From contig CAXXTH010000023.1 of NCBI GenBank assembly GCA_963668025.2, forward strand, positions 192,001 to 256,000: 64,000 nucleotides of DNA, given 5' to 3'. The notes beneath the pieces are model-generated. The model made no database searches and was not told where the DNA came from. It saw only the letters and a program-made list of their open reading frames with translations. Of this stretch, positions 7,600-19,144 are shown in pieces. Made by a program: the position numbers and the translations under genes. This DNA comes from Candidatus Hydrogenedentota bacterium (GTDB taxonomy: Bacteria > Hydrogenedentota > Hydrogenedentia > Hydrogenedentales > SLHB01). Position 1 is the stretch's first letter. The number at the start of each line of letters is the position of its first letter.

Positions 7600-9969
7600 T
7601 TATTTACGGGCGTCCTTGCGCGGCGACATGCATACCGCCGCAGCGCCAGCCAAAGACATCGCCAAGGCCAGCGCAATCCAGCCCAGCGGCACCGGCACGC
7701 TGTCCGCCGAATAAGGATTGCTCCCTATATTCCACTCTTTCTCATCCGAAAATCCGTCGTCATCGCTATCGAGGTCGAGGAAATTCGGCAATTCATCGCC
7801 ATCTACATTCGGGCCTTCCGCGACGTTGTTTTCATATTCATCGCTGATGCCGTCATCATCGCTGTCGAGATCGCGGAAATTCGGGATGCTGTCCGCATCG
7901 GGATCGCCCGAGCCTTCCTCTAGGTCAGGAATCGTGTCGCTATCGCTGTCCGAATCCCGGAAATCCGCCACGCCGTTGGCGTTGGTGTCGGGCGGATTGG
8001 TGGGCGTCGGCGCGCCTTCGATGGCATCCGAGATCGAATCGTCATCGCTGTCCGTATCGAGATAATCCGGCGTTGTATCGCCATCGGTATCAATCGGCGT
8101 ATTGGGATTTGGCCCCATTTCGGCGCTATCGGGGATGCCGTCGCCGTCCGAGTCGCCGGTGCTGCTACTGGCGGAAACCACCAGATTCACCGCCGCACCT
8201 GGAACGGCGTCCTCTCCGGCGTCGGGGTCTTGAGAGAGCACCTGGCCGATGGGCTTCGTCGAAGATTGATATGTGACCGTTCCCACGACCAAGCCGCTTG
8301 CGGCGATGGCGTCGCGGGCAGCGGTTTCGTGCTGGCCCACCACATCAGGCACGGGCACTACGCCCGAGCCGGACGAGACGGTGATGTCGACAGCGGTTCC
8401 CGGCGCAACGGATGCGCCGCTCGAGGGTGTCTGGCCGATGATTTCACCCGCAGGCTCGGCGCTGGCCTGATAGTAGGTGCTGCCGACATAAAGGTAAACC
8501 GCAGAAAGGGTTGCGGCAGCCGTATCCTCTTGTGCGCCAATGAGTGCCGACACCGTGGTCGAGCCTGGCGATAGAGGCGTACTGGCGGCGCTGGCGGGAT
8601 TGCTGCCCTTGAAGTATTCCATCAGGTTGGAATAGTTATCGCTGTCCATATCCCCGAGGGGGCCATTGACGCCTAAAATGCCCGAACCCGCCGTCGAGCT
8701 AAGCCCGAAAGTGGCCTCCCAGTCATCCGGCATACAGTCGCCGTCTACGTCCGTCCGGCGCAAACCCGGCGCTAGGATGTAATCGAGACTTTCCTCTGAA
8801 GTGGAACTGCTGGTGGCGGCCGTGGCGGTGATATACATGCCGGGGAATTTGCTGGCTACATCGCCCGCTAACGTCCATGTGCCATTCGCTAACGCGGTGG
8901 CGGCGCCGATGTACCCCGTCAATTGGGGATGAGCGCCCGCAAGGTAGGGATCCACGTAGACTTGGACGCTGCTGAGCGCCGGGGCAATACCTGTGACCGA
9001 ACCCAAAGCAAGGTTCGTTGGCTGTACGGGCGGAGTGCGATAGCCATCTTCTTCATGCCAATTGATGGCCACGCCCACACCGGAGCCGTCGTCGATGTGG
9101 TGAATGGAATTGCCTGCTATATAAAAGGTGCCGGTAGCGTCCTCGAACGGATCGCCTACCTGTACGCCCGCGTACTGGGCATATGTGATCGTGTTTCCGC
9201 TTACATTGGCGTTTGAAGTAAGGCCACGCAGTACAATCGCGTACTCGCTTCGGGAACTCAACGCGGGAATAGTTCCGTTTGCATCCATACCGAACACATT
9301 ATTGGAGATCGTGGCGCCGGTGAAACTGCGCAACAGGATGTCGGCGCTTGGCAGCACGGCAGTGCCCAAATTGCTATAGAAGGTGCAGCCCGTGATGGCG
9401 ATGGTGCTGTTGGCCACATTGTCCGCGGGGAAGGGCTGGGTGGATATGCCAGACTGCTGGAGGCTGCCATGGATGATGCAATTGGTGATGGTGGTGTTGC
9501 TGGCCTTGGTGATGTATACGCCGCACAATTTCGGGGAGGCAATCTCCACATTTTCAAGCGTGACATACGAACAATTTTTTAGGTTGAACGCATGGCTTTT
9601 CGCGCCGGTCACCTTCAAATTGCGGAACACATATTTCGCGGCCCCATCTTCAAACTGGAACATTGCGGCCGGCAAGGAAGCGGAGCCGTCGATCACGATC
9701 GTGTGGCCCGTGCCATCAATCGTGACGGCGGTAGTGTTGACTGCCGTAAAGGCCAGCGTGTTTGCAAGGGAGATCGTGTAATTCGCTTGGAAGTTGATCG
9801 TATCGCCCGCGGCGGCGGAGGCGATAGCCGCCCGCAGGCTGCCGACGCCGCTATCCGCGTTGGTGGTGACGGTGATAGTGGCGGCGTGGGCGGGCGCGAA
9901 ATTGAGCATGCAACTGGCCATGATTCCCACGAACAACAACAAACGTGGCTGTTTCGACATCTTTCGCAT
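7600..9969 (-). CDS. Large surface protein: right-handed beta-helix, PASTA domains, Asp-rich Ca-binding (thrombospondin type 3-like) repeats, C-terminal TM anchor
   Basis: Signal peptide then [20 protein letters not shown]; parallel beta-helix repeats; PASTA-like VPDVVG...[11 protein letters not shown]...VNLVVS; many DSDGDGIPD-type repeats; tail [26 protein letters not shown]. Start set at ATG 9969 (GAGAGG upstream). Confidence 0.85.
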   Translation of the reverse strand: MRKMSKQPRLLLFVGIMASCMLNFAPAHAATITVTTNADSGVGSLRAAIASAAAGDTINFQANYTISLANTLAFTAVNTTAVTIDGTGHTIVIDGSASLPAAMFQFEDGAAKYVFRNLKVTGAKSHAFNLKNCSYVTLENVEIASPKLCGVYITKASNTTITNCIIHGSLQQSGISTQPFPADNVANSTIAITGCTFYSNLGTAVLPSADILLRSFTGATISNNVFGMDANGTIPALSSRSEYAIVLRGLTSNANVSGNTITYAQYAGVQVGDPFEDATGTFYIAGNSIHHIDDGSGVGVAINWHEEDGYRTPPVQPTNLALGSVTGIAPALSSVQVYVDPYLAGAHPQLTGYIGAATALANGTWTLAGDVASKFPGMYITATAATSSSTSEESLDYILAPGLRRTDVDGDCMPDDWEATFGLSSTAGSGILGVNGPLGDMDSDNYSNLMEYFKGSNPASAASTPLSPGSTTVSALIGAQEDTAAATLSAVYLYVGSTYYQASAEPAGEIIGQTPSSGASVAPGTAVDITVSSGSGVVPVPDVVGQHETAARDAIAASGLVVGTVTYQSSTKPIGQVLSQDPDAGEDAVPGAAVNLVVSASSSTGDSDGDGIPDSAEMGPNPNTPIDTDGDTTPDYLDTDSDDDSISDAIEGAPTPTNPPDTNANGVADFRDSDSDSDTIPDLEEGSGDPDADSIPNFRDLDSDDDGISDEYENNVAEGPNVDGDELPNFLDLDSDDDGFSDEKEWNIGSNPYSADSVPVPLGWIALALAMSLAGAAAVCMSPRKDARK

Positions 9970-10276
9970 GTTCCTCTCGAGTCTGGATGGAAGCCTGGCT
10001 CCCATCAACCGCACGGGCATACCCCAGACGCCCGCATGAAACACCGCCGTCAGAAGTAAAAAATGCTCGGCCTGTATCTTGCCGCCACTTCTGCATCGAG
10101 CCGAAGGCCCAGACACATTGATTATAACATAATGTGCAAGGCCTGAAGAAGCGTGTTTTACTACAAAACATGTATCTTGTCTACCAGATAGACGCCTCCT
10201 ACTGCAAGCCTAATCTGATTTCCACCCAACGGATATACTGGACACGATGATATCAGGTTTATCTTGAATCCTATTT

Positions 10277-10529
10277 CGCGCAAAGCCGCTAAGCCGCAAA
10301 GGCCTATAAAAGACGAACAGCAGGAATATTTCAGCACATCCTAACAATACTTGATTCATTTGCACTACTATCAGGCAAAACGTTGTTTTCTTGCGAAGAT
10401 TCTCAATGCAAATCCAGTCACATCATGAAGTTGCATATCGCGGCTCTTCACATGGGCGGGACGCCCATGCTACGGGAGCTAACAAACGGAGAAAGATATA
10501 TTGGCGTTCATTCGCGTCCATTCGCGGTA
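10277..10529. repeat. Triple-repeat sites in inverted orientation enclosing a REP family 2 copy
   Basis: cgcgcaaagccgctaagccgcaaag (10277-10301); catgggcgggacgcccatgctac (10451-10473); attggcgttcattcgcgtccattcgcggt (10500-10528). Confidence 0.65.
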
Positions 10530-10721
10530 AAAAAGGCTTGCCGTTTGGTTGCGTCCATGCCTCACGGTGGAATGCAGCGCATTCCTTAACGGACACATTC
10601 CCCGCTTTACACCGCCGGGCAAAACATGATATTCTGCTTTTTAACATCCTGCAAATCCAGGAACTTCGGTTTGGGGAACAAACTGATGCATGCTCAATTA
10701 TTCGAGCAAAGGGATACCTGC

Positions 10722-13700
10722 ATGCTCTTTCGACGAAAGAGCGCAGTGGGAACTCTTATGTTTTTGGTGCTCTCGAACCACGCTTCCGCCCAAACGGAGC
10801 CTGCGGCGTCTTGGATTTTCCCGCCTGTGGCGCTGATTTTTGCCATTGCCGTGCTGGCCGCGCTAGCTGGCATCCTTCTATTCGTTCATATCCGCCATTT
10901 CAAGGCCACGGAAGCGTATAAGCAAGACCTTGAACGGCTAAAAGCCGCCGCGTACTCCGGCAAAGTAGGCCTATGGGAACTCCGCCCCACGGAGCGCACC
11001 TTTCACGCCGATGACAGTTTCAAAGCCTTGCTGGGCTATATGCCGGATGAACTGGACGCCCAGTTGCGCACATGGTACGGCATGCTGTGGCTGGATGATT
11101 GGCGCAAAATGCGCGGCTCCCCCCGGCGGGGTCCAGGGAATTCCGAGCCCCGCTCGGAATTTGAGCATCGCATGCTCCATAAAGATGGGAGCGTACGCTG
11201 GTTTTTGACCAGTGCGTCACTGGCTGGGCGCAATGCGGGCCATCCCATGCGCGTGCTTGGCACCAGCATGGATATCACGGAACGAAAATCCGCGGGCGAA
11301 GCGTTGCGGCAAGCGGAAGAACGCCTGCATGCCATCATTGAGAGTGCGGATGACATGATTTATTTCCTTCCGCTTTTTCCCGGTAAAATGCAACTGCTCA
11401 ACGATGCGTGCGTACGCGTGACGGGCTATTCGCGGGAGAAGCTGGAAACCTATCCCGAGCTGTGGGAGCAAATCGTCCATCCAGACGATAGGAATGCTTC
11501 GTTTCTATTCCATAAAACACATTTGGCAGGATGCGCCCGGCACGAGAAAGAATACCGCCTCCGGTCCCAAACCGGTGAATGGAAATATCTGCATTCGCTC
11601 ATGATCGGCGCGCGTGACGCTCGAGGCAAGTACGTGGGGTATTACTGCATCGACCGCGAACTGACCCAGATGTACAAAGCCGAAGAAGCCTTGCGCGCAA
11701 GCGAAGCCCAACTCCGCGCTATTTTCGAACACGCCGCTTTGGGAATTGTGCGGGTCACGCCAGATGGAGCCATTAAAGAACTCAATCCCGCCATCACGAA
11801 TATGATTGGCTATACCCAAGAAGAAATCTTCGGCACATGGATATCGGACCATCTGATCGATGGCATTTCGGAAGAAGAAGAACGGCAACTGGATGAAATG
11901 CGCGCAGGCGTCCAGCTCCATATCACCATGGAAAAACGGCTGCGGCGAAAAGACGGCCGGACCGTTTGGAGCAAACTATCCGCGTCATGCGTCCAGCGGC
12001 CAAATGGAGAACCAGACTTCTTTATCGCACTAGCTGAAGATATCACCGAGCAGCGGGAAGCGGAAGTGCTGTTTACGATGCTGCGTGATTTGGGCCTGGC
12101 GTTGGGCTCCATCCGGAGTCTAGGCGAAGTGCTCGATCGCGTATTGGAAGCCATATGCAGTTTGGAAGCGGTCAGTGCGGGCGGCATCTACTTGATCGAG
12201 CCCGGGACAGGGCACCTGAAGCTCATGGCGCACAAGGGGATTTCAGAAACATTCGCCACTCAAGCCGCCAGCATCCAATCCGGCCCAATCGAAATATGGC
12301 AAGCAGTCCCTTGGAGCCCCCTGTATTTATCCATGGACGCTATCCCCGGCCTGGAAGAACAGGCGCAGTTGCGCCATGAGGGATTCCGCTGCGGCGCGAT
12401 GATCCCTATTCATCATGAAGGCATCATGCTGGGCTCCATTACTGCCGCCTCGCGCGTATACAGTAATTTCCCACGCAATGCGCGAAGCTCTCTCGAGTCC
12501 ATCGCCAGCCATGTGGGCAGCGTCATCACACGGGTGCGCACCGAAGAAGCCCTTCGGGAGTCACAAGAGCGAGTGCGGGCTTTCCTTGATAATGTCCAAG
12601 ACACCATCTATTTTTTATCGCTAAACGGCGATATGCGCATCCTGACTGGTGGATGGAAAAACGCAGCGGATTATCCATCCGCCATCAGCGAAAATGATTC
12701 CATGGCCTGGCGCGCCTGCATCCATCCCGATGATCTACTCTTGTTTGAACAACACCCAGCCAACCGGCATAGCTATGAACTCGAATACCGGATGAAGAAC
12801 AAGCGGGGCGAATGGCGCTGGTATCAATCCCGCCGGAATGCCGCCAAAACAAACGGCGACCCCGCGACCGGTTTTTATTGTGTGGACCGGGATATCACCC
12901 GGACCAAACAAATTGAAGAGGTATTGCGCGATACGGAGCGCCGGCAAGCGGATATTATCAGCTTCCTGCCAGACGCCACTTTTGTGATCAATGAAGAAAA
13001 GCGGGTCATCGCCTGGAACCGGGCCATGGAAACCCTCACCGGCGTGCCCGCCGATGAAATGCTCCGGCAAGGCGATTGCCGGTATTCCATTCCTTTTTAT
13101 GGCATTCGCCGCCCAATGCTGATTGATATGGTGCATGAACCCATCGAAGCCATCCGCCCGTTCTACCCAGATTTGCATCTATCGAATGGCATCCTAACCG
13201 CATCAAGCGCTCCACGTGAACTCAAGGACGGGAAACGGCATTTGTTGTCCACGGCGACCCCGTTGTATGACGCCGGGGGAAACCGGATTGGCGCCATCCA
13301 GTGCATTCGCGATATCACCGTAGTGAGAGAAGCAGAAGCCGAACGTGAGCGTCTCGAACTCCAGATGCAACAAGCCCAGAAGCTCGAAAGCCTGGGCGTG
13401 CTGGCGGGCGGCATTGCCCATGATTTTAATAATTTGCTGATGGGCGTCCTCGGCAACGCCAGCATGGCGCTGTTGGAGATGGACCTGAACTCGCCAGCCC
13501 GGAACAGCATCGTGCAAATCGAGACTACCGCCCAACGCGCCGCGGAACTCACCAAGCAGCTTCTGGCGTACTCGGGGCGCGGCAAGTTTGTGGTGGAACC
13601 CATCAACTTATCGATGTTGGTGCATGAAACCGCCCATCTGCTGGAAGTATCCATCTCCAAAAAAGCCGCTATTCGGTATCATTTGGCGGAAGACCTTCCC

Positions 13701-14519
13701 GCTATCGAGGCAGACGCCTCCCAAATCCGCCAAGTCATCATGAACCTGATCACCAATGCCTCCGACGCCATCGTGAGTGAAAATGGGACAATCACCATCA
13801 CTACGGGAGCTTGCCATTGCACAAAAGAATCCCTGCGGGATACCTATTTGGCGGATGACCTGAAAGCGGGCAAATACGCCTTTGCCGAGGTCGCCGATAC
13901 CGGCATGGGCATGGATGAAGAAACCATTCAGCGCATTTTCGATCCGTTTTTCACGACCAAGTTTACCGGCCGCGGCTTAGGATTGGCCGCGGTTCTTGGC
14001 ATAGTTAGAGGACATGGAGGTGCTTTGAAAGTGGATAGTGAACCCGGACGAGGATCTGTATTTCGCGTTTATTTCCCCACATGTGACAGGCAGCCCATTC
14101 GTTCCGCGCCGCCTGCCGCCAGTATGGATGCCTGGCATGGAAGCGGGCTTGTGTTATTTGCAGACGATGAAACAAGCGTGCGTTCTTTGGGGGAACGCAT
14201 CTTGAAGCGCGCCGGTTTCAGTGTGGCCGCGGCCGCCGACGGCCAGGAAGCCGTGGAGATTTTCCGGGCGCGCGCCAGCGAAGTCAAGCTGGTGCTGCTC
14301 GATATGACCATGCCAATTATGAACGGGGAAGAAGCTTTCCGGGCGATGCGCGATATCCGGGAAGACATCCCGATTCTGTTATCGAGCGGATATAATGAAC
14401 AGGACGCCGTGCAATCGTTCATGGAAGGCGGACTGGCTGGCTTCATCCAGAAGCCCTACCGGCCTTCCGAGCTCATTACATTGATCCGCAATGTGCTATC
14501 GAAATCGGCTACGACATAA
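10722..14519 (+). CDS. Multi-PAS/GAF hybrid sensor histidine kinase with receiver domain
   Basis: Several PAS/PAC repeats (HPDD, DITERK), GAF, HisKA LAGGIAHDFNNLL, HATPase DTGMGM...FDPFFTTKFTGRGLGL, C-terminal REC (LLDMTMP, IQKP). Start uncertain (10626-10758). Confidence 0.95.
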   Translation: MLFRRKSAVGTLMFLVLSNHASAQTEPAASWIFPPVALIFAIAVLAALAGILLFVHIRHFKATEAYKQDLERLKAAAYSGKVGLWELRPTERTFHADDSFKALLGYMPDELDAQLRTWYGMLWLDDWRKMRGSPRRGPGNSEPRSEFEHRMLHKDGSVRWFLTSASLAGRNAGHPMRVLGTSMDITERKSAGEALRQAEERLHAIIESADDMIYFLPLFPGKMQLLNDACVRVTGYSREKLETYPELWEQIVHPDDRNASFLFHKTHLAGCARHEKEYRLRSQTGEWKYLHSLMIGARDARGKYVGYYCIDRELTQMYKAEEALRASEAQLRAIFEHAALGIVRVTPDGAIKELNPAITNMIGYTQEEIFGTWISDHLIDGISEEEERQLDEMRAGVQLHITMEKRLRRKDGRTVWSKLSASCVQRPNGEPDFFIALAEDITEQREAEVLFTMLRDLGLALGSIRSLGEVLDRVLEAICSLEAVSAGGIYLIEPGTGHLKLMAHKGISETFATQAASIQSGPIEIWQAVPWSPLYLSMDAIPGLEEQAQLRHEGFRCGAMIPIHHEGIMLGSITAASRVYSNFPRNARSSLESIASHVGSVITRVRTEEALRESQERVRAFLDNVQDTIYFLSLNGDMRILTGGWKNAADYPSAISENDSMAWRACIHPDDLLLFEQHPANRHSYELEYRMKNKRGEWRWYQSRRNAAKTNGDPATGFYCVDRDITRTKQIEEVLRDTERRQADIISFLPDATFVINEEKRVIAWNRAMETLTGVPADEMLRQGDCRYSIPFYGIRRPMLIDMVHEPIEAIRPFYPDLHLSNGILTASSAPRELKDGKRHLLSTATPLYDAGGNRIGAIQCIRDITVVREAEAERERLELQMQQAQKLESLGVLAGGIAHDFNNLLMGVLGNASMALLEMDLNSPARNSIVQIETTAQRAAELTKQLLAYSGRGKFVVEPINLSMLVHETAHLLEVSISKKAAIRYHLAEDLPAIEADASQIRQVIMNLITNASDAIVSENGTITITTGACHCTKESLRDTYLADDLKAGKYAFAEVADTGMGMDEETIQRIFDPFFTTKFTGRGLGLAAVLGIVRGHGGALKVDSEPGRGSVFRVYFPTCDRQPIRSAPPAASMDAWHGSGLVLFADDETSVRSLGERILKRAGFSVAAAADGQEAVEIFRARASEVKLVLLDMTMPIMNGEEAFRAMRDIREDIPILLSSGYNEQDAVQSFMEGGLAGFIQKPYRPSELITLIRNVLSKSATT

Positions 14520-14605
14520 GCTCAACCTATTGATAGCGCATTTCGAAAAAAACACTTTAAATGGAAGAACGATGTACTATACACGCGGCTGCGCGTTGCC
14601 GTTCG

Positions 14606-16474
14606 TCACTTGGTTGACGCACCACGCAGCCAATGCTCGAGCATGAGTAGCGCCCAGAGGTGATGGCCCAAATTGGCGCGCCGTTCAACATGATCACGGC
14701 GAAGGGCGCGCACGGCATCGAGCTGAAAAAACGACCCAATACGCGCATCGGAAGCAAGCGCCACCTCATCAAAATGCCGGAGCAGTTCACCGCGAAACCA
14801 GCCGTGGATGGGTATGGCGAAGCCCTGTTTGCGCTGGCGGAGCAGTTCGGGCGGCAGGAAGCCGCGCAAGGCGTGCTTGACGAGTAGTTTCGATGTGCGG
14901 CCATGCCATTTAAGATTAAAGGGTACGGTCACCGCGAACTCGACGATGCGGTGATCGAGCAGCGGCACGCGCAATTCCAGTCCCACTGCCATGCTCATAC
15001 GGTCCACCTTCGTCAAAATATCATCCGGCAAATACATGGCCGTGTCGTGATACAGCAAACGATTTTCTACATCCAATGAAGCGCAAGCGGCGCTGTGCTC
15101 CTCGAAACGGTCCACGGCGCTTGCTGCGATGGAGCGGGCGAATTCCGGCGCGTACAAGCCCGCACGCTGTTCATCAGTGAAACAGGTGTGGCGCTCTCGG
15201 AAAGCCTCGATAGGCCCAAGGAGCGCGCCGCGATGAAACCGGCGCAGCTTGTCCACGAGGGGAGAGCCTGGCGCAAACCGCAGGGCGGCCCCGATGAGGA
15301 CGCGCGCGGGAGCGGGCATGCGGGCATAGGCGGCGCTACGAAGGGCCATATGGGTCCACGTATAGCCCGCGAACAATTCATCCCCGCCATCCCCCGAGAG
15401 CGCCACAGTCACCTGTTCGCGGGCAACTTTAGACACCAGCCACGTGGGGATGGCCGAGGAATCGCCGAATGGTTCACCGAAATGCCGCACGAGGCGTTCC
15501 GCCGCTTCCGCGCCATCAGGGTGCAGCACGGCCTCCGTGTGGTCCGTGCCGAAATGCCGCGCAGCGATACGGGCGTAACGCAGTTCATCGTAGCGGGCGT
15601 CGTCGAAGCCGATTGTGAATGTCTTGACTGGCCTCGATGCGTGGCGCGCCAGCATGCCCACCACGGCGCTGGAATCGAGTCCGCCGCTGAGAAGCGCTCC
15701 CAGGGGCACATCGCTCACGCGCTGGAGCCGCACGGCGCTGTCCAGCAATTCCATATACCGTTCCGCCGCGCTATCCAGGGTCCAGGAAGCATCCAGCGCC
15801 CACTGCAAGCGCCAGTACGGCTCGATGGATATGCCGCCTTTTTCCAGGACAAGCTTTTCACCGGGCCGCAGCTTGCGAATATGGCGGTATATGGTGTCTG
15901 GCGCGGGGATATACAAAAACGCTAGGTAAGCGTCGAGCGACGCTGGCTCAATACCGCCCGTGTTGATTCCCGAACGCAACAGCGCATCCAGCTCGGACGC
16001 GAAAGCGAAGGTTCCATCGCGAAAGGCATAATAGAGTGGCTTGATCCCCAGGCGGTCGCGCGCCAGCAACAGCCGCTGGCGCGGCATGTCATACAATGCG
16101 AAAGCGAACATGCCATTCAGGCGTTCGAGCACTCCGTCGCCCCAGGCGCGATAGCCATGCAGCAGGACTTCCGTGTCGCTCTGGGTGCGAAACACATGCC
16201 CCCGGCCCTCGAGTTCCTGGCGCAATTCGCGGTAATTATAAATCTCTCCATTGAACACCACAATCAGCGCGCCATCTTCCGTGGCCATAGGCTGGCGGCC
16301 TTGCTCGATGTCAATAATGCTGAGGCGGCGCATGGCCAGGATCGCCGAACCGCCATTCCACAGGCCGCCATCATCCGGGCCGCGATGGCGCAAGGCTTCA
16401 TTCATCACGGCAACGGCAAGCTCGGAGGCCATCCGTCCGGGTTCCGTGTGGGCGAGGCCGCAAATGCCGCACAC
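14606..16474 (-). CDS. asnB: Asparagine synthase (glutamine-hydrolysing) family amidotransferase, polysaccharide-associated type
   Basis: MCGICG N-terminus, HRGPD, RRLSIID, FNGEIYN, LSGGLDSS, SGDGGDELFAGY. Confidence 0.93.
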   Translation of the reverse strand: MCGICGLAHTEPGRMASELAVAVMNEALRHRGPDDGGLWNGGSAILAMRRLSIIDIEQGRQPMATEDGALIVVFNGEIYNYRELRQELEGRGHVFRTQSDTEVLLHGYRAWGDGVLERLNGMFAFALYDMPRQRLLLARDRLGIKPLYYAFRDGTFAFASELDALLRSGINTGGIEPASLDAYLAFLYIPAPDTIYRHIRKLRPGEKLVLEKGGISIEPYWRLQWALDASWTLDSAAERYMELLDSAVRLQRVSDVPLGALLSGGLDSSAVVGMLARHASRPVKTFTIGFDDARYDELRYARIAARHFGTDHTEAVLHPDGAEAAERLVRHFGEPFGDSSAIPTWLVSKVAREQVTVALSGDGGDELFAGYTWTHMALRSAAYARMPAPARVLIGAALRFAPGSPLVDKLRRFHRGALLGPIEAFRERHTCFTDEQRAGLYAPEFARSIAASAVDRFEEHSAACASLDVENRLLYHDTAMYLPDDILTKVDRMSMAVGLELRVPLLDHRIVEFAVTVPFNLKWHGRTSKLLVKHALRGFLPPELLRQRKQGFAIPIHGWFRGELLRHFDEVALASDARIGSFFQLDAVRALRRDHVERRANLGHHLWALLMLEHWLRGASTK

Positions 16475-16475
16475 G

Positions 16476-17606
16476 TTAAGCTCCCCGAACCAGCGAACGC
16501 GCCAGCATCCGGTTATAGAGTTCGCGGTAGGAAGCGGCCATGCGTTCCACGGAGAATTCGGCGCGGATGCGTTCGCCCGCCCGGGCGGCCAATGCGCGGG
16601 CCTTTTTAGGATTATCGAGAAGACTGGCGATGGCGTTTGCGAACTCTTCAGGTGCGCGGGAAGATACCAGGCATCCCGTTACGCCGTCTTCGACTAGCTC
16701 GGGAATGCCTCCCGCTTGGGCTGCTACGACGGGAACGCCTGCCGCCATGGCTTCCATGATGGCGTTTGGGGAGCCTTCGACTTTCGAGCAGAGGACGAAT
16801 ACGTCCATGATACGGTACAAATCCGCGATATCCGCGACGGTCGAGACTTGCGTGAAACACCGCTCCAGGCCTTGCGCACGAATACTCCGCATGGTGTCAA
16901 GCCGCGTGGGGCCCGCGCCCACCATGAGGAAATGGGCGTCTGGGCGCTGCCGCAGCAATGCACGCGCGGACGCCACGAACAACGCATGATCTTTCACCGG
17001 GCTAAAGTTCGCCACAATGCCTACAATGGGGCCTTCGGCGGGCATATGAAACCGGTTCCGCACATCCGCCGGAAGCGCCCCGCTTACGTAGGCATCCGCG
17101 TCGATGCCATTCGGAATGACCAGATACCGCGATAGGTCGCATCCCTCTTGTCGTGCGGAAAAATCCGCCACGGCGCGGCTGTTCGCCACGATGGCGTCCA
17201 CCAGTTCATTGGCCTTTCGTTGAATGCGCAGGTGGCGGGGCCGTTTCCAGGTAGCGAGTTCGCGGCGGCTCGATATCACCACGGGCACGCCCGTATCGCG
17301 CGCGGCGCGGTTGGCGGCGAGGTCGAAACCGAACATGAAGGTATGCACGATATCGGGCCGGTGGGCGCGGAAATGCTTTCGGAGCTTCGCGCGCATGCGG
17401 ACATCCCAGCCACGCAGCACAGTCCAGCCATCCAACACATGCAAATAGACGCCCGCCCGCCGCACATCGCCCGCCAGCGAGCCGTCATGATTTGTGCAGA
17501 AGATGCTCACCTCGAATTCGCCCGCCAATACCCGGGCCAAGCGGCAAAGCTGTTGCTCCGTGCCGCCGACGCCCATCGTAGGGATGACGTAACATAGCCG
17601 TTTCAT
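16476..17606 (-). CDS. Glycosyltransferase family 4
   Basis: GGTE N-terminal motif, VIPNGID, EGSPNAIMEAMAAGVPVV. ATGA overlap with the upstream gene. Confidence 0.92.
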   Translation of the reverse strand: MKRLCYVIPTMGVGGTEQQLCRLARVLAGEFEVSIFCTNHDGSLAGDVRRAGVYLHVLDGWTVLRGWDVRMRAKLRKHFRAHRPDIVHTFMFGFDLAANRAARDTGVPVVISSRRELATWKRPRHLRIQRKANELVDAIVANSRAVADFSARQEGCDLSRYLVIPNGIDADAYVSGALPADVRNRFHMPAEGPIVGIVANFSPVKDHALFVASARALLRQRPDAHFLMVGAGPTRLDTMRSIRAQGLERCFTQVSTVADIADLYRIMDVFVLCSKVEGSPNAIMEAMAAGVPVVAAQAGGIPELVEDGVTGCLVSSRAPEEFANAIASLLDNPKKARALAARAGERIRAEFSVERMAASYRELYNRMLARSLVRGA

Positions 17607-18631
17607 GCCATTGACTCCAGCTCCGCCGCCAGGCGCGGAGCGGCTGTATCGAGGGCGTATGCTTGCTCCACGGTGGCCCTCGCCGCTTCGCCCATGCGGG
17701 CGCGCACGCATGGATCGCGCAGCAATTCAATGGCGTCACGCCACTGGCCCGGCGAATCCGCGAACAAGCCGTTTTCACCATGCCGGATGATATCGAGAAC
17801 CGCGCCAAACGGCGTGGCGATGCACGGTACGCCGCACGCCATGTATTGCAGCGCTTTCAAGGCGCATTTACCCCGCGACCATTCGGTCTTTGGCAGCGGC
17901 ATAAGCCCCACGGAGAATTGTTGCACGTCCGCCACCTCGGTATCCAGCGACCAGTCCCGCACCTCCGCCTCTGGCCAAGGTGCGCGCCACGGGTCCGCAC
18001 CGATGAGCGTCACCGACACCCCTTCCAGACGCGCCAAATCGAGCCCGATAGCGTCCAGGGCTGGCGTGGTGCTTGGGCCGCCGATCCACCCAAGGCGGTA
18101 AGTATCTGGCGCAGGCGCAGGATGAAAACGTGCCGTGTCCACTACTGTCGGGAATACGGAGGCTTTGCCGCCAAGCCGCTCCGCTTCCGCCGCCAGCCAA
18201 GTATTGCCCGCCAACACCTTATCGGCAAGCGGAATCAGGCGGCGCACCTGCTGACGATCCTCCATGCATCGCCACACGCCCCGCAACGAATGGGGCGGCG
18301 ATAGATGCACCGCATCATCAAAGTCATACACGAGTCGGCGCGCGCAACAACGCAGCAGCCCCAGCATGCCCCGGAGATATGCGGAGAGTATGGCCTTTTG
18401 CACGAACACGATGTCGTAGCGGCGGGACTGGAGAAGCTGCTTGAGCCGCCGGGGCGTCTCCGCCGCATGGTACCAAAACGGCCGGCCGCCGGCCGCATAC
18501 TCATCAGGAGTCACGGCGCACGCCACCGCGCAATCCATGCCCCGCTGGCGCAAATACGGCAGGAATTGATGCACGCGATACCGCGGGCTGGCGGCTTGTT
18601 CAGGATATGGCGTTAAAAACAACACGCGCAT
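17603..18631 (-). CDS. Glycosyltransferase family 4
   Basis: ASPRYRV, YDFDDA, GKCALKALQYMACGVPCIA. Start set at MRVLFLTPYP. Confidence 0.9.
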   Translation of the reverse strand: MRVLFLTPYPEQAASPRYRVHQFLPYLRQRGMDCAVACAVTPDEYAAGGRPFWYHAAETPRRLKQLLQSRRYDIVFVQKAILSAYLRGMLGLLRCCARRLVYDFDDAVHLSPPHSLRGVWRCMEDRQQVRRLIPLADKVLAGNTWLAAEAERLGGKASVFPTVVDTARFHPAPAPDTYRLGWIGGPSTTPALDAIGLDLARLEGVSVTLIGADPWRAPWPEAEVRDWSLDTEVADVQQFSVGLMPLPKTEWSRGKCALKALQYMACGVPCIATPFGAVLDIIRHGENGLFADSPGQWRDAIELLRDPCVRARMGEAARATVEQAYALDTAAPRLAAELESMA

Positions 18632-18786
18632 GTAAATAAATCCACCTAAACTGAGAAACGTTATGACTGGCTTACAAGCCATTGCAACACAAGGCTTGGC
18701 GCATGTTCAATCTAAAAACTGCTTGTTTTTACCAGCCGAATCAAATCAGCAAAATCGACACTCATCATAACACCCAAAATCGGATA

Positions 18787-18815
18787 TTGTAATCAGGGCG
18801 TTCGTTTGTTATACT
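18787..18815 (+). promoter_or_regulatory. Putative sigma70 promoter of rpsT
   Basis: TTGTAA-17 bp-TATACT with extended -10 TG. Confidence 0.7.
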
Positions 18816-18861
18816 TTGTCCCCTGTATGCGGAAAAATCTAAACCACTTGGAGAAGTAGGA

Positions 18862-19122
18862 ATGGCTCACACAAAGTCGGCGCTGAAACGCATCCGCCAG
18901 AGCGAGCGGAATCACCAGCGCAATATGGCCGTGAAGGCCCGCATGAAAACCTATATGAAAAAGGCCCTCGAAGCCCTCGATGCGAAAGATGCCGAGCAGG
19001 TGAAGGCTGTATTGCCTGAAGCGTTAAGCGAAATCGATCGGGCGGCGTCCAAAGGCGTCATTCACGCGAATAGCGCGGCGCGCAAGAAATCGACGCTCCA
19101 GCGCCTCGCGGCCTCTCTGTAA
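18862..19122 (+). CDS. rpsT: 30S ribosomal protein S20
   Basis: MAHTKSALKRIRQSERNHQRN...IDRAASKGVIHANSAARKKS. Confidence 0.98.
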   Translation: MAHTKSALKRIRQSERNHQRNMAVKARMKTYMKKALEALDAKDAEQVKAVLPEALSEIDRAASKGVIHANSAARKKSTLQRLAASL

Positions 19123-19144
19123 CAAAGCGAGAACGAACACCTGC

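Noticed and set aside
7700-8160. Nucleotide-level repetitiveness in the large surface protein gene
   Set aside because: Explained by Asp-rich Ca-binding peptide repeats, not a DNA element.
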